Positions 58,462 through 64,000 of a stretch of DNA of 64,000 nt are shown in pieces. Source of the DNA: an uncultured bacterium. Its GTDB lineage: Bacteria > Bacteroidota > Ignavibacteria > OLB7. A program made the translations under genes and the position numbers. The DNA lies in NCBI GenBank assembly GCA_966128725.1, contig CBHYLN010000006.1, positions 6,236 through 70,235 of the forward strand. Direction: 5' to 3'. Under the pieces are notes generated by a model, which worked only from the letters and a program-made list of their open reading frames with translations, ran no database searches and was not told the DNA's origin. Position 1 is the first letter of the stretch. Every line of letters starts with the position of its first letter.

Positions 58462-59052
58462 TCATGCACTGTGAAGAAGAAGAACGATGACCAATGCCAC
58501 GACGCCCACGAACCCCCAATACAGCTCCTGCGCCGAAAGCACGGCTGCGGGCATCATTGGTTCGTTCATCCGCGCCGATCGCACGGCCGCAAGCATTGCG
58601 GGTATCAGGCCGCCCGTCAGGTGCACGACATGCGCGCCAGTGAGGGCAAACGCGAACCCGGCTTTCACATTCGTTCCAATCCCCTGCCCGGCCGCGTTCC
58701 ACTGCGCCCATTGCATCAGCACAGCGGCAACCGAGCCAAGCCCGGTTACCACGGTTCCCCACAGGGCAATCCGATAGGCGCCAAGCGAGCCGCGCTCACC
58801 GGCCAGACGCGCATGGCGCAACGCCAGCGAGGCAACAATCAGCAGGGGCAGAAGCAGGTTGATTGGCCCAACCTCGGTTGGCGGCATTCCCTGGAAGTTG
58901 TGCGAGGAATATCGCAACACGATGTATGCCGCCAGCAGCACCACGAAGAACATGGTTTCGGCCGCCACGAACAGTATCATCCCCAGACGCGCGTTGCTGG
59001 CGCGCCCACGCATCGGCACGGATGCCCGATCGACAACGGGATGCTGGTTCAT
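58462..59052 (-). CDS. coxC: cytochrome c oxidase subunit III
   Basis: 196 aa from the ATG at 59050-59052. 5 TM. GFAFALTGAHVVH pattern of Cox3. Confidence 0.7.
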   Translation of the reverse strand: MNQHPVVDRASVPMRGRASNARLGMILFVAAETMFFVVLLAAYIVLRYSSHNFQGMPPTEVGPINLLLPLLIVASLALRHARLAGERGSLGAYRIALWGTVVTGLGSVAAVLMQWAQWNAAGQGIGTNVKAGFAFALTGAHVVHLTGGLIPAMLAAVRSARMNEPMMPAAVLSAQELYWGFVGVVALVIVLLLHSA

Positions 59053-59186
59053 GGATAGCTCGGGAAGATTCAGTCCGCCATTTCCGATGCTCCGGATGCA
59101 ACAGCGCCGTATTGAACATGACGGCTGCCGCAAGGCGCAGGCACGATGGGCCGCATACACGGCCGCATCATCGCCGGATGGAGCAA

Positions 59187-60089
59187 CTACATGCCGCGAT
59201 CCAGCGCCATCAGCAACAGAAGGATTGGCAGATAGAGAATCGAGTAATGGAACAGATGTTTGGCGTGTTTGTTCTTGCGTGTGATCGCCTGCTGTGCCGC
59301 GAACGCAAGGAACCCTATGCCCAACACCAACGCGCCGTAGAAGTATGTAGGCCCGGCCATCCCCATGATCGCCGGGATCAGGCTGATCGGCAGCAGGGCC
59401 GACGTATAAAGCAGGATCTGCCGGCCCGTGCTTCCACCCTCCGGATCAACTACGGTAAGGATCTTGTACCCGGCACGCTCGTAGTCGTTGCGGTACATCC
59501 AGGCAAGGGCCAGGAAATGCGGCATCTGCCAGAAGAAGAGAATGGCGAACAGCACCATCGCCTCGGGTTCGATCACGCCGCGCGCGGCCGCCCAGCCCAT
59601 CACCGGCGGGATGGCGCCCGGGATGGCGCCAACAACGGTGTTCAGGGTGGAAAGCCGCTTCAGCGGCGTGTACATCAGCACGTAACTGACGATGGTTGCA
59701 AGCGCCAGCACCGCCGTAAGCAGGTTCACGAGGAACAACAGATACACCACCGACGCAACGGCAAGCGCAAGGCCAAACACCAGGGCCTCACCGGGCACAA
59801 GCCGGCCGGCCGGCAATGGGCGGGTCATGGTGCGGCGCATCTGGGCATCGTGCTCGCGTTCCACGTACATGTTCAAGGCGCCACACGCGGCCCCTGCCAT
59901 GAATGTGCCAACCAACGTGTGCACCAGCAACAGCGCATCGATGCCGTCGCCGGACGCCATATAGAAGCCCGCCAGCGTGGTGAGCACCGAAAGCATCGTA
60001 AGCCGTGGCTTGGTCAGCTCCAGATATTCGCCGAACCGGGCAGTGCGCTTCATCTCCGCGGCAAGCGTGGTGCCATCGGGCTCGCTCAT
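59187..60089 (-). CDS. ctaB: protoheme IX farnesyltransferase (heme O synthase)
   Basis: UbiA-family motifs (NMYVEREHDAQMRRT, YRNDYERAG). 300 aa. 4-nt overlap with ctaA. Confidence 0.85.
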   Translation of the reverse strand: MSEPDGTTLAAEMKRTARFGEYLELTKPRLTMLSVLTTLAGFYMASGDGIDALLLVHTLVGTFMAGAACGALNMYVEREHDAQMRRTMTRPLPAGRLVPGEALVFGLALAVASVVYLLFLVNLLTAVLALATIVSYVLMYTPLKRLSTLNTVVGAIPGAIPPVMGWAAARGVIEPEAMVLFAILFFWQMPHFLALAWMYRNDYERAGYKILTVVDPEGGSTGRQILLYTSALLPISLIPAIMGMAGPTYFYGALVLGIGFLAFAAQQAITRKNKHAKHLFHYSILYLPILLLLMALDRGM

Positions 60090-61195
60090 GCGATCGCCTC
60101 CCCTACCGAGGTGCTGCCCTGCGGCACGGCCCGCGCCGCGGGTTCCGGCAGCGTATCGCCCAGCAGATGGCGTGCCCGCACGGTAAGCATCAAACTTGTC
60201 ACAAGGGTCGCGGCTCCGTTAACAACATGGAATGACGTAATCGTGAACTGCTTTTCGGTAAGGATCGTAAGGATACCGAGCGTTGCCTGCACAACCAGCA
60301 ACGCAAGCAACATCCACGCGGGGCGGCGCAGCTCGGCAACATCCCGGTAGTTGCGCATCACGCGCACAACGCTCCACACCACCATCACGCTCACCACCAG
60401 CGCGCCCAATCGATGCAGCAGATGCGAAAGCATCTGCATCCGGGTAACCGATTCAAGATCGAGCGCGATCAGCTCGCGGTTGGCCGAAGCAAGCGCCGAA
60501 TCCGACAGCGGCGGCAACCAGCTTCCGAACATGGTCGGGAAATCCGGGATGGCCAGGCCGGCCTCCGAGTGCCGCATCACAGCGCCGATGATAAGCTGCA
60601 AGGCAATCACCACGGTTGTGGCCAGCGCCAGACGCCGCAACGATCCGCCCACGGGTTCCGGCCGGCGCGAGGCGCCGTCCACCCAGGATGCCGAGGTCAC
60701 CATTGCCAGCACCACCACCATCGAGAGATAGATCTGGGCAAGCGTGCCGTGGCTGGTGGAGATCCACGCAGGCAGCATGAACAATACCGTCATCCCGCCG
60801 AGCACGCCCTGAGCCAGCACGGCCACCGAGGCCCACACCGCCAGGCTGCGAACCCAACGCCGGGGATCGAAGCGGTACACCATGATGGTGAGCGCGAATG
60901 TGAACAGCCCCGCGAACGAAGCAACCATGCGGTGCAGGTGCTCCCAGAAAATCCCGCCAACCATCTTCTCCCATGGAAAGGAGAACATGAAGTGATTGTA
61001 TGTGTTCGGCCAGTCAGGCACCGACAGACCGGAGTTGGTGCTCTTTACCTGCCCTCCCAGGAAAATCAGGCATAGGATCCAACCGGCCAGGAAGATCGCG
61101 AAGCGATGGCTTCGCCGCCGCCACACGGCGCGCGACGTGGTCGCGGCATCGGATGCCACCGCACGAGAATCGGTATGCGTATGCATGTTGCTCAT
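60086..61195 (-). CDS. ctaA: heme A synthase (COX15/CtaA)
   Basis: 8 TM with conserved His pairs (WEHLHRM, HSEAGL). Start taken at the ATG at 61193-61195, just after the coxA stop; the track ORF extends to 61402. Confidence 0.75.
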   Translation of the reverse strand: MSNMHTHTDSRAVASDAATTSRAVWRRRSHRFAIFLAGWILCLIFLGGQVKSTNSGLSVPDWPNTYNHFMFSFPWEKMVGGIFWEHLHRMVASFAGLFTFALTIMVYRFDPRRWVRSLAVWASVAVLAQGVLGGMTVLFMLPAWISTSHGTLAQIYLSMVVVLAMVTSASWVDGASRRPEPVGGSLRRLALATTVVIALQLIIGAVMRHSEAGLAIPDFPTMFGSWLPPLSDSALASANRELIALDLESVTRMQMLSHLLHRLGALVVSVMVVWSVVRVMRNYRDVAELRRPAWMLLALLVVQATLGILTILTEKQFTITSFHVVNGAATLVTSLMLTVRARHLLGDTLPEPAARAVPQGSTSVGEAIA

Positions 61196-61205
61196 GTGCT
61201 CGTCT

Positions 61206-62957
61206 TCATCGCCCTTTTCTGCCGGCTTCGCCATTGGGTGGGGCATCCTGCCGGAGGAAATCGTCGGCACAGCCGGGCGGGCTGTACTCGTACGGACCGT
61301 GCGATACGGTCGGCTGCGGTTGGAAGGAGGCAGGGCCTGGCGGCGACGGCAACGACCACTCCAATGTCGTGGCCCGCCATGGGTTGTCGCCGGCAGGGGC
61401 ACCGCGTTTCAAACTAAGGAAAATGTTGGCCACCAATAGGAGCTGCCCGAAACCGAGTGTAATGGCCGCGATGGTGATCGCGGTGTTCAGCGGCTGAAGG
61501 CCCGCCAGGTGGGCATACACGTTGGGATCGTAAATCCGACGCATATGCCCGGCAATGCCCAGGATGTGCATCGGAAAGAAGGTGCAGTTGAAGGCAACAA
61601 ACGTGATCCAGAAATGCCACCGGCCCAGCCCGGCGTGCATCATGCGCCCGGTGGCCTTCGGGAACCAGTACGCGATTGCCCCGAACGCGCCGAAAAGTGT
61701 GCCGCCAAACAGCACGTAGTGGATATGCCCCACGATGAAGTAAGTATCGTGGATGTAGGAATCAACCGGCGTGGAGGCCATGAAAATCCCGGACAAGCCG
61801 CCGATCGTGAAGGTGAGCACGAAGGCCAGCGCGAAGTGCATCGGCAGCGTGAACTGTATCCTGCCGCGCCACAGCGTGGCCAGCCAGTTGAAGACCTTCA
61901 CCCCCGACGGAATCGCAATGGCCATCGTGGAGAACATGAACGTGCTGCCGACCAGCGGGTTCATGCCCGATTGGAACATATGATGCCCCCACACCAGCCA
62001 ACCCAGCAGGGCGATCGCACACGTGGAATAGATCATCCCCCGATATCCGAACACGGGTTTGCGGGCGAACACGGCAAGCAGTTCCGAAACGATCCCCATG
62101 GTGGGCAGGATCATGATATACACCACCGGATGCCCGAAGAACCAGAACAGGTGCTGCCACAGCAACGGATCGCCACCGCCGGAATGGCCGGCCAGCGGAA
62201 TACCTGAAACGGCGAGCCCAGCCGGGAGAAAGAAGCTGGTGGCGGCCGTACGATCCAGCAGCAACAGGCCAAGCGCGGCGGCAATAACCGGCATCGCCAG
62301 CAGCGTTATGATGGCGGTAACAAAAAAGGACCACACCGTAAGCGGCAGCCGCCGGAACGTGAGCCCCGGCGCACGCATGTTGATCACGGTGACAATCTGG
62401 TTTACCGCGCCAATGGTAAGCGCAACGCCCAGCAGCACAAGCGAGCCGATCCACAGATTGCCCCCCAACGTGCCATTGGTATACCCGGCAACCGCCGAAA
62501 GCGGCGGGTAGGCCGTCCACCCCGCCGATGCCGGCCCGCCCTGCACGAAGAAGCTGGCGCACATGGCCGCGCCCGCAACGGCGATCATCCAGAACGACAG
62601 CGAGGCCAGGCGCGGGAAGGCGTTGCCGGGAGCGCCGATCTGCAACGGGATCACGAAGTTCGCGAAGGCGCCGGCCAGCATCGGCAGAATCGCGAAGTAG
62701 ATCATGAACGTGGCATGCATGGTGAACATGCCGTTGTATGCGTCGGGGGCAATGATGCCACCGGGCGCCATCGACGCCGGCAACAGCATCCGGAACGGCT
62801 GCGGGACGGGCGTGCCCGGGAATCCCAACTGCCACCGCACGTACAGCGCCAGCGCGCCGCCAACAAACATGAATGTGATGGCAAGCCACATGAACCGGCG
62901 CGCCAACACCAGGTGATCGCCGCCGCGTTGTACTGTATCGGTTCCCGCCAATCTCAC
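61206..62957 (-). CDS. coxA: cytochrome c oxidase subunit I
   Basis: 583 aa, 12 TM. Heme-copper oxidase motifs (GGDPLLWQHLFWFFGHPVVYI, HHMF). Confidence 0.9.
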   Translation of the reverse strand: MRLAGTDTVQRGGDHLVLARRFMWLAITFMFVGGALALYVRWQLGFPGTPVPQPFRMLLPASMAPGGIIAPDAYNGMFTMHATFMIYFAILPMLAGAFANFVIPLQIGAPGNAFPRLASLSFWMIAVAGAAMCASFFVQGGPASAGWTAYPPLSAVAGYTNGTLGGNLWIGSLVLLGVALTIGAVNQIVTVINMRAPGLTFRRLPLTVWSFFVTAIITLLAMPVIAAALGLLLLDRTAATSFFLPAGLAVSGIPLAGHSGGGDPLLWQHLFWFFGHPVVYIMILPTMGIVSELLAVFARKPVFGYRGMIYSTCAIALLGWLVWGHHMFQSGMNPLVGSTFMFSTMAIAIPSGVKVFNWLATLWRGRIQFTLPMHFALAFVLTFTIGGLSGIFMASTPVDSYIHDTYFIVGHIHYVLFGGTLFGAFGAIAYWFPKATGRMMHAGLGRWHFWITFVAFNCTFFPMHILGIAGHMRRIYDPNVYAHLAGLQPLNTAITIAAITLGFGQLLLVANIFLSLKRGAPAGDNPWRATTLEWSLPSPPGPASFQPQPTVSHGPYEYSPPGCADDFLRQDAPPNGEAGRKGR

Positions 62958-63010
62958 ATCGTATCCAACATTTGCACGTGTCGTTCAATTCAGGCCGTCA
63001 GGCCCCCCAA

Positions 63011-63829
63011 CTATCTTGCCAATCCGGCACCGCTGGCCCGGCCGGCGGAATCCAGCCACGAGCGGAATTCGTTGGGCGGCATCACGATCAACGCCCCGCG
63101 CATCCGATAGTGCCCAAGGCCGCACAGCTCGGCACAGGCAATCTCGTACCGCCCGGGCACGGGCACGTTGAACCATGTGCGCGTCACCATTCCGGGCACG
63201 GCATCCTGCTTCACACGGAACTCCGGCACGAAGAACGAATGGATCACGTCCTGCGCGGCCAGCCGTACAACAACGTCGCGCGCCGCCGGCACTCGCAGCA
63301 CGTTGATCGCGGTGATGTCGTCGGCCGTGCCGAACGCCCCGTCGAGCCCCGCGTACACCACATCCCACTGGAACTGGCGCGGCTTTACCAGCACAACAAA
63401 CGACTCCGCCTCGGACGGCATGGCCTCGGTCATCCGCGACCAGATCGAGTTGCTGGCGATCGCTATGACTATCAGAACCGCCGCCGGAATCGCAGCCCAC
63501 AGCAGCTCGATGCGGTCGCTCCCGTGGGTGTACAGCGCCTGCCGACCGGTGCGTTCGCGATACCGGATAACAATTACCACAAGCGCCACGGTAACCAGCG
63601 CCAGGAAGAACAGCGTGATCCACAGGATCAACCCGAACAGGCCGTCGATCCGGCCCGCGATGTCGGTGGCCGCCTCGGGAAGCCACCAGCTTGAATACTC
63701 AGGTCGCGGCTGCGCCGCACCGCGTGCCATGGGCGCCAGCATGCATACGGCAATCAGCGCCGCCAACCGGCGGCCGTACCCACCCGTGCCCGCCGCGCTT
63801 CGGCCGTTATCGGGTTCGGCGCCCGTCAC
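63011..63829 (-). CDS. coxB: cytochrome c oxidase subunit II (CuA; no fused cytochrome c, aa3-type)
   Basis: CuA site YEIACAELCGLGHYRM. Start uncertain: GTG at 63827-63829 or an internal ATG giving MLAPMARGAA signal. Confidence 0.8.
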   Translation of the reverse strand: MTGAEPDNGRSAAGTGGYGRRLAALIAVCMLAPMARGAAQPRPEYSSWWLPEAATDIAGRIDGLFGLILWITLFFLALVTVALVVIVIRYRERTGRQALYTHGSDRIELLWAAIPAAVLIVIAIASNSIWSRMTEAMPSEAESFVVLVKPRQFQWDVVYAGLDGAFGTADDITAINVLRVPAARDVVVRLAAQDVIHSFFVPEFRVKQDAVPGMVTRTWFNVPVPGRYEIACAELCGLGHYRMRGALIVMPPNEFRSWLDSAGRASGAGLAR

Positions 63830-64000
63830 GGAGCAACAAACGTGAACGTTGCCGAGGCCGCGCCCCGTTCGGTTACCGTTACCGTTGCCTGCTGCGTTCC
63901 GTACTTCTCATGCCAGGCGGTCATCGTGTACGTTCCGGGCGGCACGCCGGAAATGTTGAACGCGCCATCGGTGCCGGTGACCGCGAAGAACGGATGGGTA
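63826..64000 (-). CDS. 3' end of a gene (partial, runs off the window)
   Basis: Minus-strand frame reads ...THPFFAVTGTDGAFNISGVPPGTYTMTAWHEKYGTQQATVTVTERGAASATFTFVAP-stop. The stop overlaps the coxB start. Confidence 0.4.
   Translation of the reverse strand, partial: THPFFAVTGTDGAFNISGVPPGTYTMTAWHEKYGTQQATVTVTERGAASATFTFVAP

Overview
High-GC (about 65-70% by eye) bacterial chromosomal segment, densely coded on both strands. A type-A T9SS C-terminal sorting domain on one large protein, a PorV/PorQ-like outer-membrane protein, an aa3-type cox operon and mostly weak Shine-Dalgarno usage suggest a Bacteroidota/Rhodothermota-like organism; this is inference, not a database result. Positions 1-44.9 kb are mostly housekeeping genes: pspA, a MATE transporter, mobA, sixA, an APC permease, rsmB, tsaD, a Bat-like vWA protein, mutY, galE, cystathionine beta-synthase, pyrC, cmk, a Mn/Zn-type metal ABC uptake operon with two DtxR-type regulators, pccB, recR and recA. 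The final 6.7 kb is a coxB-coxA-ctaA-ctaB-coxC-SCO1-ctaM operon. The candidate accessory region is ~44.9-57.1 kb. It follows recA and a 585-bp lower-GC spacer. It holds an orphan Tat-signal periplasmic-binding-protein-like gene and two tandem paralogs made only of a phage tail-collar domain (MdpB-like). A GNAT acetyltransferase, a 124-aa orphan and a 1107-aa tail-fibre-like repeat protein with perfect intragenic tandem duplications follow. Next come a PDZ protein carrying ~12 copies of an unrecognised Gly/Asp/Tyr-rich repeat, a small 2-TM protein and a PorV/PorQ-like gene. No capsid, terminase, sheath, baseplate or integrase genes occur in the window, so the fibre/collar cluster does not look like a conventional prophage or tailocin. 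I propose it as a candidate undescribed cell-encoded fibre/collar surface module. Secondary points of interest are a metal-ABC permease fused to a DtxR/MntR-like domain, a DtxR-receiver-methyltransferase trio, an NTP_transf_5 nucleotidyltransferase, and a small polysaccharide-type insertion (two paralogous lipoproteins, a heparinase II/III-like protein and a Wzx-like flippase) between recR and recA. No tRNA, rRNA, CRISPR array or transposase was recognised. The many long antisense ORFs in the track are high-GC artefacts.
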